Origin: Candidatus Muiribacterium halophilum
Lineage (GTDB): Bacteria; Muiribacteriota; Muiribacteriia; Muiribacteriales; Muiribacteriaceae
Assembly: GCA_002869225.1 (NCBI GenBank)
Contig: PKTG01000130.1
Span: 8,621-72,620 of the forward strand
DNA length: 64,000 bases
Direction of reading: 5' to 3'
This document shows, in pieces, positions 41,301 to 50,302 of the stretch. The notes below the pieces were generated by a model that was not told where the DNA came from, ran no database searches, and saw nothing but the letters and a program-made list of their open reading frames with translations. Numbering within the stretch: the first letter of the stretch is position 1; each line of letters begins with the position of its first letter. The position numbers and the translations under genes are program-made.

Positions 41301-42914
41301 GATACAACTTATGATATAAGAGTTGTTGCTAAGAATTCAATAGCTTCAAGGACTACTACTTTAGAAGATACTTACAAAACAGATTATGCTGTTGATACTC
41401 CTTATAACCTTACCGTTCTTGACAAAGGTCTGGATTTTATATATCTAAGTTGGGAAATCGATTCCTTTATGTCTAATAATGATCGTCCTGATACTTTCGT
41501 TGTAGAATGGGATACAGGTAGCAGAGTCGTATCTGGAGATACATACGAGATCTATATTGGCAGCCTTTTTAGCAGTACTACATATAATATAAATGTAACT
41601 TCTGTTAATCCAACTGATACAGATCATGCAGTAAGTACCCCTACAAAAGCAGTCAAGACAGGTTCTATTCCAGATGTACCAATAATTACTGCAATAGATG
41701 AGATCACTTCTTCTTCAATGAAAATAGATTGGTCAGAAGGAAGTTTTACAGACTATTATATAGTTAGATTAACTGACGGAACAAACGAGATCACCTCTAA
41801 CGAGTTATCAGCTGTAACCGAATATACTATGACCGGTCTTGACTATAGAACAACTTACACTGTGGAAGTACAGGCTTATAACACTTACGGATACAATAGT
41901 GGAGAGGCATCGAAAAAAATCACAACAAAAGCTAAATTCGATGTTTTTGAAGATAAGATAACAGGTGGTGCGATAAATACCTCATCTCCATATAACCCTT
42001 ATATTAGTGTTGCACCAAATGGTGATGTTGTATTTTCAAAACCTGGAAATATTGGAGATGGAACTGAACTTGTTTATAAGATCTCTTCCGGTTCGACATC
42101 AATCACTGATATTACTTTAATACCTAACCCGGATGGAGGAGCTGATCCAACAGGTATTTGTATAAATGGATCAAATATTTATTCAAATATACAAAGCACA
42201 GCATTAAATTTCCCTCATGCATTTACAGTAGCTGGTGGTAATGATGGTTCTACTGATGCTTATAATCTGATTTTGGATACTATTGCTACCTCATGGGGAA
42301 ATTCATATGATTTGATCTGGGATGAAACAAACACCTCGTTATATGCTATAAGTGAATATGGTGGAGATGCTGACCCTGATCTTATTAAACTCAATGATAT
42401 AGACGGTGCTGGAGATGGTTCACTTGAGATAGAGGTAGTTGCAACTGATACAGGTGCACAAAACCTTGCTTTAGACGAAGATGGTTATCTGTTAGTGGCT
42501 AATCCAACTACAAAGATCATATCAATTTATGATACTAATAATATATCATCTACCCCAATTGGAACAATAAACCTCTCATCATTCACTATAGATGGAGTAT
42601 ATGGTATGGCAACAAACTTTGATGGAACAACAAAATATCTTGTTGTCGCATGTGGCAATAAAATACTATTTTATTCTGGAACCGGTTCGAGTTATACAAA
42701 CGACCCAGACCTTACTTTAGATTCATCAAATCCATATACAACTACGGACCCAGATGATGGTCTATCAAGCGGATTCTCTATTAGTGGAACAACTGTAGGA
42801 ACAGGCGGACCAAGTAATGCTCGTGGTATAGCTACTCTTGAAAGTGGAGCAACGCCAGTATATATAGTAATTGATAGTGGAAATAACCAGATCATTAAAA
42901 TCAAAGAATTTTAA
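38343..42914 (+). CDS. Large FN3-repeat surface lipoprotein with C-terminal beta-propeller-like domain
   Basis: Lipobox ISIGC; about a dozen FN3 repeats (W...Y.VY...L...T.Y.I.V.A.N); C-terminal NHL-like segments (ARGIA..., VIDSGNNQI). Confidence 0.87.
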   Translation: MKKNTYYFFSILSLLIFLVIISIGCGGGSELTIPAKEVVIRPSSPVSGEIINLYTETAEISWYASKEVEFFNVYVNGVLKKTISENEYSTSEVTTNNQKISYKLNDLKKDSSYIISVKSLSSKGVESDKSMIFQINTIESASIPVPPKSLTFVSSTLSSAKINFNEGQYAAKYQIYIDGLPYTLDSKPVYIFKAGTYEILNLNASTDYDITIKSINGYGYSDTSEVLEISTGSSPSKPTIPVVGTLLDKSVNIQWSSVLNATKYFVYIANISADPNAQLSLYSTVTNTTAIISNLSRGTTYDIAIKAWNKYGDSPYSDTIEITTKNIPSTPTGLAFTELTLTSFKISWPSVSTADSYKIYKNGLFYASVNASASTPSYTLGSLSSDSTYEIQVSSVNEFGESDKSTKEYVHTLSEDGDPPAIPAGFTITPSNIKPTSMIITWTTVPETSNYRVYYNDVYGNTNNTSYQIDNLTPDTSYTIGIEAYNDFGYTTKQTTTVSTLSEPLPVESIEVESKSKNFIKINWSEADGANKYFVYCRRTAPTTAVITEDTVEVTTYSFSGLTSGATFEITIYSSYNSNRQTSINSGSNENQIYVFTPSTPDTPIISGATNISQNSADVTWGSVSNADYYNVYRKRILTESTYSLASGSGTSLTTTTLSIDSLTVDSTYEILVTAVSITPTGEHLESAVQTNALSFKTLPNIPNPPNNLRYDGLTKDTDEIFVYWERPSSTDYYYVYAPGHNPERQKVLTEFVRLDDWSPSPGSIIPTSTTIEVSAYNYFDLNSGTSEILIPLDELTTPVIGIPYPDAVNTDTQMYVEWDTTEISTAYSYIIKLYDDDAASYVVLDNGQEEKALNNKYYTFTNLTSDNNYTVEVKKIKNGKGESFTASKSFATNSAPDTVVFEAITLADYSTKEIIINWDSATPHALLADYNTDTFEIYAKQSTSTTWKLIAEVEDDDIDTGGNNPAFTYTMNKLGDTGAAPPLSADTTYDIRVVAKNSIASRTTTLEDTYKTDYAVDTPYNLTVLDKGLDFIYLSWEIDSFMSNNDRPDTFVVEWDTGSRVVSGDTYEIYIGSLFSSTTYNINVTSVNPTDTDHAVSTPTKAVKTGSIPDVPIITAIDEITSSSMKIDWSEGSFTDYYIVRLTDGTNEITSNELSAVTEYTMTGLDYRTTYTVEVQAYNTYGYNSGEASKKITTKAKFDVFEDKITGGAINTSSPYNPYISVAPNGDVVFSKPGNIGDGTELVYKISSGSTSITDITLIPNPDGGADPTGICINGSNIYSNIQSTALNFPHAFTVAGGNDGSTDAYNLILDTIATSWGNSYDLIWDETNTSLYAISEYGGDADPDLIKLNDIDGAGDGSLEIEVVATDTGAQNLALDEDGYLLVANPTTKIISIYDTNNISSTPIGTINLSSFTIDGVYGMATNFDGTTKYLVVACGNKILFYSGTGSSYTNDPDLTLDSSNPYTTTDPDDGLSSGFSISGTTVGTGGPSNARGIATLESGATPVYIVIDSGNNQIIKIKEF

Positions 42915-42934
42915 TTAGAGATTGATTTAAAAAT

Positions 42935-42965
42935 AAAAAAGGGACTGATCATCAGTCCCTTTTTT
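42935..42965. terminator. Bidirectional terminator
   Basis: AAAAAAGGGACTGA-TCA-TCAGTCCCTTTTTT. Confidence 0.88.
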
Positions 42966-42973
42966 CTATAATT

Positions 42974-43963
42974 TTATGATATGAATTCGGATGAATCTCC
43001 AACATTGACTTTATTATATCTATTTTTGAAAATCGCATTCTCTCCTATTAGCGATTCTGAAAGTAAAGCATTTTCAAGTATTGCATCCTTATTTATAATA
43101 CTTTCCCTTACTACAGAGTTTTTTATCTTCACTCCTGAAGCAATAGAAACATTTGGTCCTACAACTGAATTTTCGATTACTACACCATCTGCTATTGCAA
43201 CTGGTTTTTTTATAACAGCATTCTTAAAATTATAATCTTTTTCCTTAAAATATATATTTAAAAGCTGCCTGTTTGTATCGAGTAAAGTTTCTGGTTTCCC
43301 ACAATCAAGCCAAAGAGGACAAAGAGCATCTTTAAAGTTGGCTCCTTTTTTTAACATTCGTGCTAAAGCATCGGTAAGTTGATACTCTCCTCTTGTCTTT
43401 ATATTGTTATCATAAATGTATTTCAGACTTTCATGTAGGAGTCTAGTATTACTTATATAATAGATTCCTATAATCGCTCTGTTAGAAACAAATTTTTCAG
43501 GCTTTTCAACAAGTTCTTTTATCCTATTATTTTCACTTACAACAACTCCAAACCTTTCGGGATTATTGACTTCTGAGGTAACTATCACACCATCTATATC
43601 AGGTAGCATTATCTTTTCAATATCCATCTCAAATAAAGTGTCTCCGAGCATTATAAGTACAGGTTCATCCAGATTATCCATCTTATTCATCGCTACATAA
43701 ATAGCATGACCCAAGCCTTTTCTTTCTTTCTGATAGACAAACTTTGATTGAAAACTATAATTATTCTGAATAAAATCTACGATCTTATCACCGAGATAAC
43801 CTACCACAAATACTACTTCTGTAAGATCCTTCAAATCCTTTATCTTATCTAATATATGACCAAGCATTGGTTTCCCGGCTACCTGAACTAAAGCTTTGGG
43901 TACAGTATATGTATGTGGTGCAAGTCTTGATCCTATACCAGCAACTGGAACTATTATTTTCAT
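42974..43963 (-). CDS. Sugar-1-phosphate nucleotidyltransferase (long-form thymidylyltransferase-like)
   Basis: AGIGSRL.P.T..VPK, GLGHA, LGD, EKP, GEYQLTDA; C-terminal hexapeptide repeats. Confidence 0.9.
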   Translation of the reverse strand: MKIIVPVAGIGSRLAPHTYTVPKALVQVAGKPMLGHILDKIKDLKDLTEVVFVVGYLGDKIVDFIQNNYSFQSKFVYQKERKGLGHAIYVAMNKMDNLDEPVLIMLGDTLFEMDIEKIMLPDIDGVIVTSEVNNPERFGVVVSENNRIKELVEKPEKFVSNRAIIGIYYISNTRLLHESLKYIYDNNIKTRGEYQLTDALARMLKKGANFKDALCPLWLDCGKPETLLDTNRQLLNIYFKEKDYNFKNAVIKKPVAIADGVVIENSVVGPNVSIASGVKIKNSVVRESIINKDAILENALLSESLIGENAIFKNRYNKVNVGDSSEFIS

Positions 43964-45189
43964 TTAAAACTCCCCTTCAAACCATCTTTGTATACTTCTT
44001 CTATTTTTACTTTTTGTATACTTCCTTCGATTGGTCTCTGATTGCTATTTTTTATATATACTTTTATGTAGTTTTCACTATATCCAGTATAAAACTCATA
44101 TTCATATTTTTCAACTAGAACAGAAAGTGTACTATTTATATATTTTTGAAGATATTTTTTAAGTACATGTGCTTGAACATCTCTTAACTGAGATGCTCTT
44201 TCCTTTTTTTCTTTATTTGTAAGATATTCCTTCATATCATATGCTTTAGTCCTTTTCCTTTTTGAAAATGGAAAAGCATGAACAAGTATAGGTTTATTTT
44301 CTTTTATAAATTTGACACTTTGATTAAATTCTTCTTTAGTCTCTCCAGGAAATCCAGCAATAATATAAACAGAAAACTCAAATCTTTCGATTTTATCTTT
44401 TAAAGTTGAGATGAGTTCTTTAATTTTTTCAACCTTATAATTTCGTTTCATAAGTCCAAGTATACGATTATCTGCTGATTGAAGTGATAGATGTAAATGT
44501 GGTGCAAATTTTTTACTATTTGAGATAGCATTGATAAACTCATCGTTTATATCATCAGGCTCTATAGATGATATTCTAAACCTTTGAATATCAGGGTTTT
44601 TTTCTATAATCTTGATAATATCGGATAGTCCTTTACCTTTGTAGGAATACTTATTGATATGAGTACCTGTCAATACTATTTCTTTATAACCATTTCCTGC
44701 AATAAATTCGATCTCTTTTTTAAATAGGTTAATAGGTTTTGAATACATCTTATTTCTCATAAGTGGAACAATACAATAAGAACAAAAGTTCTTACATCCT
44801 TCCTGTATCATAACAAATGCTCGTGAATGGTCATGAAATTCTGATAGATATTCTATGTTTTTATGATCTTTTTTAAAGATCTCATAGATTTTTTCTCTTT
44901 CCCTTGTGTGAATCTTTCTATAACAATCTATATCTATATCCTCTTCAAAGCAACCTGATAAAATTATTTCCGAATTCGGTTCTTCTCGTTTAATACGATT
45001 TATGAGTAGTCTGGATTTTCTTACCGCATTATTTGTTAATGAACACATATTGACAATAATATAATCAGGTTTTTCATCAGAATATTTCAGTCCTATCTCC
45101 TCAAGATTCTCTCTAAGTAAAGATGAGGTGTACTGATTCACCTTACAACCGAAGGTATATATTTTGAAAGTGATTTTTTTGTTTATCAT
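43960..45189 (-). CDS. mtaB: tRNA t6A37 methylthiotransferase
   Basis: TFGCKVNQY, QEGCKNFCSYC, LHLSLQS, TRAM domain; likely start MINKK at 45189. Confidence 0.9.
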   Translation of the reverse strand: MINKKITFKIYTFGCKVNQYTSSLLRENLEEIGLKYSDEKPDYIIVNMCSLTNNAVRKSRLLINRIKREEPNSEIILSGCFEEDIDIDCYRKIHTREREKIYEIFKKDHKNIEYLSEFHDHSRAFVMIQEGCKNFCSYCIVPLMRNKMYSKPINLFKKEIEFIAGNGYKEIVLTGTHINKYSYKGKGLSDIIKIIEKNPDIQRFRISSIEPDDINDEFINAISNSKKFAPHLHLSLQSADNRILGLMKRNYKVEKIKELISTLKDKIERFEFSVYIIAGFPGETKEEFNQSVKFIKENKPILVHAFPFSKRKRTKAYDMKEYLTNKEKKERASQLRDVQAHVLKKYLQKYINSTLSVLVEKYEYEFYTGYSENYIKVYIKNSNQRPIEGSIQKVKIEEVYKDGLKGSFK

Positions 45190-45318
45190 AGTTTTATAAA
45201 GGTGTCCTTTCGGTGTGGTCAGGTCGAGTATGCATAGCATTTTCTTGGGATCGACTCTGACCCCTACTATTACAACAGAAGGTATATATTTTGAAAGTGA
45301 TTTTTTTATTTATCATAG
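45143..45318. repeat. 49-bp direct repeat duplicating the mtaB 5' end, enclosing an imperfect inverted repeat
   Basis: 45143-45191 vs 45270-45318, 2 mismatches; GGTCAGGTCGA...TCGACTCTGACC between them. Confidence 0.9.
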
Positions 45319-45330
45319 ATAGTATAATAA

Positions 45331-45450
45331 AGTTATTGTTTGCTGAAAGCAAACAAGTTATTGCTTAAATTTTATTTAACCAAGTTATTGATAGTATCTA
45401 TCAAGTTATTGTTTGCCTTGAAAACAAGTCTCGGATTTTATTTAAATAAC
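45331..45450. repeat. Array of four TTG...CAA hairpins separated by GTTA
   Basis: Hairpins at 45336-56, 45361-83, 45388-404, 45409-27, each preceded by GTTA. Confidence 0.8.
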
Positions 45451-45589
45451 AAAGGTTTTAGGGGTTAGGGTCGGATTCTTTGTTAATAAAACCTTCCCTC
45501 ATACCTCACACCTCATCCCTTATCCCTGGTTTCTATTACCCGTTTCGCTTCACGCTTTACACTTTACAAAAATCTTTCTTTTCCATGTT

Positions 45590-46285
45590 TTACTGCATTT
45601 CATATCTAAGTATCGATAGAAATACTAATGCTGCGGTCTCTGTTCTTAATACATTTGCTGGTAATTTTACAGGTATAAAACCTTTTTCTTTTAATTCTTG
45701 TATTTCTTCTATTGCAAGTCCTCCTTCACTACCAACAATAAAATTTACAGAATTTATATTTCTATTTTCTTTTATTACCTGTCTTAAATTGTTATCTGCT
45801 TCATGCCATAATATTAGATTTAGTCCTTCTGCTGGTTTTATATCTGATATATCAATAATATCTTTTATCTCTGGCATATTAGGGTTATGACTTTGAATAC
45901 ATGCTTCTTTTGCAATCTTTTTAAAACGTTCTTTTTTCTTCGATTCATATTTAGAAACTGAATTTTTGGATTGGAAAGGAGTGATTGAGTCAATCCCTAT
46001 CTCAACTACCTTTTCTATAATATATTCAAATTTCTTCTTCTTTGGATACCCCTGATAAAGATTAACTTTTATTTTAGTTTCGAATATATCTTCCTTATCA
46101 AGTATTTTAAATTCAGCTCTTTTTTTCGATAATTCTGATACCTCACAAAGATATATAGCATCATCAAAGACAATTCTTAGTCTTTCATCACTATTAAGTC
46201 TAAGTACTTTTAAATGGGTTAGATCATCTTTATTATCGATTATCAGTTTATCGTTTTCTTTTCTATCAGCAAAAAAGAAAAACAT
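45590..46285 (-). CDS. rsmE: 16S rRNA m3U1498 methyltransferase
   Basis: HLKVLR, EKVVEIG, EACIQS, VGSEGG, VLRTETA. Confidence 0.93.
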   Translation of the reverse strand: MFFFFADRKENDKLIIDNKDDLTHLKVLRLNSDERLRIVFDDAIYLCEVSELSKKRAEFKILDKEDIFETKIKVNLYQGYPKKKKFEYIIEKVVEIGIDSITPFQSKNSVSKYESKKKERFKKIAKEACIQSHNPNMPEIKDIIDISDIKPAEGLNLILWHEADNNLRQVIKENRNINSVNFIVGSEGGLAIEEIQELKEKGFIPVKLPANVLRTETAALVFLSILRYEMQ

Positions 46286-46307
46286 CTCGTTCTCCTATTA
46301 AAAAAAA

Positions 46308-46506
46308 TTTGGGATTTGCGATAAAACTGGATTTTGGATTTTGGGAAAATTATAACCGCAACTCCCCACTCCCAATTCCAAATTCCCCACTAAATAAGCA
46401 GCAAATTCCAACCCCAACGAATTTTATATTTCTCTGCATTAGTCCACATTACCATTTTACCTAAATACCTTATTACCTTAGTACACGTTTCGCTTAACGC
46501 TTTACG
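46308..46506. repeat. Degenerate copy of dispersed heptamer repeat
   Basis: GGGATTTGCGATAAAACTGGATTTTGGATTTTGGGAA...CCCAATTCCAAATTCCCC and CGTTTCGCTTAACGCTTTACG. Confidence 0.7.
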
Positions 46507-46507
46507 T

Positions 46508-47578
46508 CTAGGTAAACTTGATCTTAACATTTTTAAATAATACCTTTACCACAATAAGAAAAGGTATTGAAAGAAACATACCTATTATTCCACCATACAT
46601 ACCACCGGCAATTAAAAATAGAATCACAAATACTGGTGATAGATCTAAAGTTGAGGATAGTATCTTTGGTGAAAGCAAAAAACCATCAACAGCCTGAACT
46701 ATCATAACAAGAATGATTATTTTAATTATTGCTATAAGAAGCTCCATAGTAAAACCAAGTTTTAAAATAGAAAATAGTATTGCAATAACAGTACTTACAA
46801 TAACTCCTAAATATGGTACAAGATTAGAGATCCCAGCTAAAACACCTAAAAGCAATGGGAAATCAACTCCGATTATAAAAAATCCTATACCCATTAAAAA
46901 TCCTAATATTATACAAATAACCAATTGTCCTCTAAAAAATTTAGATATCTCTTTTTCTATTTGAATTACTATTTTCATTGCCTTGCCTTTACCTGGTAAT
47001 TCCCAATCCATAAGAACGGATACTATCTTTTTAAAATCTAACATAAAATAAAATGTTATAACAGGTAAAGTAAAGACCCACATAAAACTAGAAATAAATT
47101 TAGAAATATTGTTTGATATCATACTTCCAGAATATTGAATAAAATCTTTAAACTTATCCATTATAAAGTTCACTATATCACCTTGCGAGACATTGATCTT
47201 CTGAAGAAAATCATAAACTATTACTGTCTGCTTACTGTTAGATATCTTATCTATTGTATCTTTAAAGTTTTGGCTGTAAGTCCCTATCTTTTCCTGGAGA
47301 GTACCAACTTCCTGTAAAAGCGAAAGAATCAACGGAAGAACTATTAGAACAAGAACAAGCACCATCAAAGCCCATATAATAACAACCGATATTGTTCTGG
47401 ATACTTTTTTCTTTTCTAATTTTCTAATAAGTGGTTCAAACATATAAGCAAAGAAATATGAGATAAGAAACACTAATAATAAAGACTTATAAAAAACAAA
47501 TAATAGAGCTGACACAATAATCAGCCCTATAATAAAAAGTATTTTTGATAATCGATTTTCAATATTTATCGTCAGCAT
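46508..47578 (-). CDS. AI-2E family transporter
   Basis: FAYMFEP, FFRGQ, NLVPYLG, Q.VDG.LLSPKI, GGIIGMFLSIP. Confidence 0.92.
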   Translation of the reverse strand: MLTINIENRLSKILFIIGLIIVSALLFVFYKSLLLVFLISYFFAYMFEPLIRKLEKKKVSRTISVVIIWALMVLVLVLIVLPLILSLLQEVGTLQEKIGTYSQNFKDTIDKISNSKQTVIVYDFLQKINVSQGDIVNFIMDKFKDFIQYSGSMISNNISKFISSFMWVFTLPVITFYFMLDFKKIVSVLMDWELPGKGKAMKIVIQIEKEISKFFRGQLVICIILGFLMGIGFFIIGVDFPLLLGVLAGISNLVPYLGVIVSTVIAILFSILKLGFTMELLIAIIKIIILVMIVQAVDGFLLSPKILSSTLDLSPVFVILFLIAGGMYGGIIGMFLSIPFLIVVKVLFKNVKIKFT

Positions 47579-47843
47579 CTTTTAGACTTTCGTAGTAAAG
47601 GATCTTTTCATCGACCGCTTCAGCCACTTCCTCCAACTCTATAATTGATTTTTTTAGTTGTTTGATCCTTTCTTTCGATAGTTCATCAAACTTTTCTTTT
47701 ATCTTAAGTATTTCAAGAATACAATTCTTATATTTCTTTATCTCCATATCAAGTATTATTTTTCTTAAATTAAAGAATACTGCAATAAGAAGAAAACTTA
47801 TGATTAAATTAACAATTGTAAGGATTAGTACATAGTCAGTCAT
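47559..47843 (-). CDS. Small membrane-anchored coiled-coil protein
   Basis: N-terminal TM helix; operonic between recA and AI-2E gene. Confidence 0.65.
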   Translation of the reverse strand: MTDYVLILTIVNLIISFLLIAVFFNLRKIILDMEIKKYKNCILEILKIKEKFDELSKERIKQLKKSIIELEEVAEAVDEKILYYESLKDADDKY

Positions 47844-47860
47844 ATGTTATATCTTCCATT

Positions 47861-48886
47861 TTATGATTCTTTTAATTTAACTACGACTTCCTGTCTTATC
47901 TCGTTGTACAACTCATCATTTTCTTTTAAATAACCAGATACATTGTCTTTTCCCTGACCTAGTTTATTATCTTTATAGGAATACCATGATCCAGCTTTGT
48001 TTATTATATTATGCTCTACTGCAAGATCTATTGTCTCGGAATAAGGACAAATACCAATACCGAAAAGAATGTCAAATATAGCAGCTTTAAACGGCGGAGC
48101 AACTTTATTTTTAACAACTTTTGCTTTAACTGTATTTCCTATTGAAGAATCACCAACTTTTATAGTTGTCTTTCTTCTTATATCTATCCTTACGGATGAA
48201 TAAAACTTTAATGCTCTTCCACCAGGAGTAGTTTCAGGATTACCAAACATAACTCCTATTTTTTCTCTTATCTGATTTATAAATAATGCAGTTGAATTAG
48301 ATTTTGAGATTATTCCTGTCAATCTTCTTAAAGCCTGTGACATAAGTCTTGCCTGAAGTCCGACAAAAGAATCACCTATCTCACCTTTGATCTCAGCAGC
48401 TGGTACAAGAGCTGCTACTGAGTCTATAACAACAATGTCGACTGCTCCACTTCTGATAAGCATTTCAGCTATCTGAAGAGCTTCCTCTCCACTTGTTGGC
48501 TGTGATATAAGAAGATCTTCAACATTCAAACCAATCTTTTCTGCATAAGTTGGGTCAAAAGCATGTTCAGCATCTATAAATGCAGCAGTTCCACCAGTTT
48601 TTTGACATTCAGCTACAGCATGCATAGCTAGAGTAGTCTTACCTGAAGATTCAGGACCAAAGATCTCAACTATTCTACCTTTTGGAAATCCACCCACACC
48701 AAGAGCTCTATCTAAAGCAAGCGAACCAGTTGAAATAATATCCATTTCTGTCTTTGTAGGTTTATCACCAAGTTTCATTATAGCACCACTACCAAAGTTC
48801 TTTTGTATTTGTGATATTGCAAGTTCCAGAGCTTTGTTTTTACCTGATTGTTTAGATGTTTCATTTTCTTTCTGAGTTTTAGCCAT
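47861..48886 (-). CDS. recA: Recombinase A
   Basis: [41 protein letters not shown]. Confidence 0.99.
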   Translation of the reverse strand: MAKTQKENETSKQSGKNKALELAISQIQKNFGSGAIMKLGDKPTKTEMDIISTGSLALDRALGVGGFPKGRIVEIFGPESSGKTTLAMHAVAECQKTGGTAAFIDAEHAFDPTYAEKIGLNVEDLLISQPTSGEEALQIAEMLIRSGAVDIVVIDSVAALVPAAEIKGEIGDSFVGLQARLMSQALRRLTGIISKSNSTALFINQIREKIGVMFGNPETTPGGRALKFYSSVRIDIRRKTTIKVGDSSIGNTVKAKVVKNKVAPPFKAAIFDILFGIGICPYSETIDLAVEHNIINKAGSWYSYKDNKLGQGKDNVSGYLKENDELYNEIRQEVVVKLKES

Positions 48887-48915
48887 TGTTTCCCCCTTCT
48901 CTTGTTAAAAGCAGG

Positions 48916-49142
48916 GATTTAAAGCTGGTGTTTGGGATTTGGTGTTTGGGAAATTCAAGTCCTTTCCTAATTCCTAAATCCTGTTTCATCCCTAAATCCT
49001 GTCTTTACTGCTTTTATATATTTTTTATTTAATTAATTTTATTAAAGCTGTGATTTAAAGCTGGGTTTGGGGATTTGGTATTTGGGAATTTCAAGTCCTT
49101 CCCTAAAACCAAATTCCAGTTTCTTCCCAAAATCCTGCCTTT
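48916..49142. repeat. ~90-bp imperfect direct repeat of TTTGGGA-type heptamer element upstream of recA
   Basis: 48916-49006 vs 49052-49142 (GATTTAAAGCTGG...TTCAAGTCCTT...AAATCCTG). Confidence 0.8.
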
Positions 49143-49364
49143 GATATTTTAGCATAATCGCACTTTTAATAAAAACGAATATTTACTAAAAATTCAGAAT
49201 TGAAGCTATAAAAGAGTTTCCCGATAATTTACCGAAATTATTTTACCTGAAGACATTTAAAACCAGAATGTAGAAAATCTTTTTTTAGTTGCTTTCACCG
49301 TTTCCTGTTCTAATGTTCCCAGTTTCTACCCGTTTCGCTTTACGCATTACGCTTCACGAAAATT

Positions 49365-49838
49365 TCAACTGCTTTTATTGAGTTCCTCCAATAAAAAACT
49401 TATTGCTTTTTTCGTAGTCTGCTCCCTAATCGACTCTCTATCACCCATAAATCGATACTCACAAACTTTCGTTTCATCTGAGTAATAAATCCCTATAAAA
49501 ACTGTTCCAACTTCTTTTCCTTCCAATGAATCAGGTCCTGCAACACCTGTTGTGGAAATCGATATATTTGTATTTAGTGATTTTGCACAGTTTTTAGCAA
49601 GATATTCAGCTGTCTCATAGGATACCGCGCCTTTTTCTAAGATTATATTTTCAGGAACATGAATTAAATTTATCTTTAACTCAGACGAGTACGCCACAAT
49701 AGAACCTTTAAAGAATTTAGAAGCTCCTTCTAATGAACAGATTGTTGATGATAACATACCACCTGTTAAACTCTCACAGGTTGATAAAGATAAGTTTTTT
49801 TCAATAAGAAAATGCTTTAGGCATTGTAGATTTTCCAT
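49365..49838 (-). CDS. cinA: CinA C-terminal domain / NMN deamidase (PncC-like)
   Basis: CESLTGG, GAS, GAVS.ETA, STTGVAGP, VGTV. Confidence 0.9.
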   Translation of the reverse strand: MENLQCLKHFLIEKNLSLSTCESLTGGMLSSTICSLEGASKFFKGSIVAYSSELKINLIHVPENIILEKGAVSYETAEYLAKNCAKSLNTNISISTTGVAGPDSLEGKEVGTVFIGIYYSDETKVCEYRFMGDRESIREQTTKKAISFLLEELNKSS

Positions 49839-50302
49839 ATATATCCAGCAAATTTAAGTATACAATTAGCAAATATTCCAGCTACAAAATCATCTGCCAT
49901 TATACCTATACCACCTCGAACATTTTCCAGACCCGATATAGGATATGGTTTTGCTATATCAAATATTCTAAAAAGAACAAAGCCACCTATAAGGTAATAA
50001 AAGAAGTATGGACCAGCTAAATTTAATCCCCAGAAAGTAACAAGGATTCCTGTAAATTCATCGATAACTATAAATCCAGGATCTCGTTTTCTCTCGTTTT
50101 TCTCTATAAAACTACCTGAAAGCCACCCAATCACAAAAAGAACTATTATCAAAAGATTATAATAACCATCACTGGTATTCAGATTGAAATAATAAAGATA
50201 ATATACAAATAAAGTTGCAACTGCTGAACCAGCTGTACCCGGAGCGAAGGGAAAATATCCTACCCCAAATACTGAACTTAAAATATATGAAAGTATTCTC
50301 AC
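49817..50302 (-). CDS. pgpA: Phosphatidylglycerophosphatase A
   Basis: APGTAGS, DPG.IVIDE, FRIFDI.KP.PI, GIMADD. Confidence 0.95.
   Translation of the reverse strand: MRILSYILSSVFGVGYFPFAPGTAGSAVATLFVYYLYYFNLNTSDGYYNLLIIVLFVIGWLSGSFIEKNERKRDPGFIVIDEFTGILVTFWGLNLAGPYFFYYLIGGFVLFRIFDIAKPYPISGLENVRGGIGIMADDFVAGIFANCILKFAGYIWKIYNA

Noticed and set aside
45190-45240. N-terminal extension of mtaB in the ORF track (MLCILD...)
   Set aside because: Derives from the inserted inverted-repeat segment; MtaB homology begins at MINKK (45189).
45331-45430. CRISPR interpretation of the AAGTTATTG array
   Set aside because: The repeat is only ~10 bp and the spacers are short, self-complementary and variable in length.
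45480-45890. 136-aa plus-strand ORF and similar short opposite-strand ORFs throughout the window
   Set aside because: Antisense shadows of well-supported genes or translations of heptamer repeats (e.g. PHTSSLIP).
49170-49190. LexA/SOS box upstream of recA
   Set aside because: CGAATATTTACT is too weak a match to GAAC-N4-GTTC, and no CTGT-N8-ACAG site was seen.
49200-49227. Additional sigma28-like site (CCCGATAA)
   Set aside because: Poor -35 match and it points antisense into cinA with no downstream gene.
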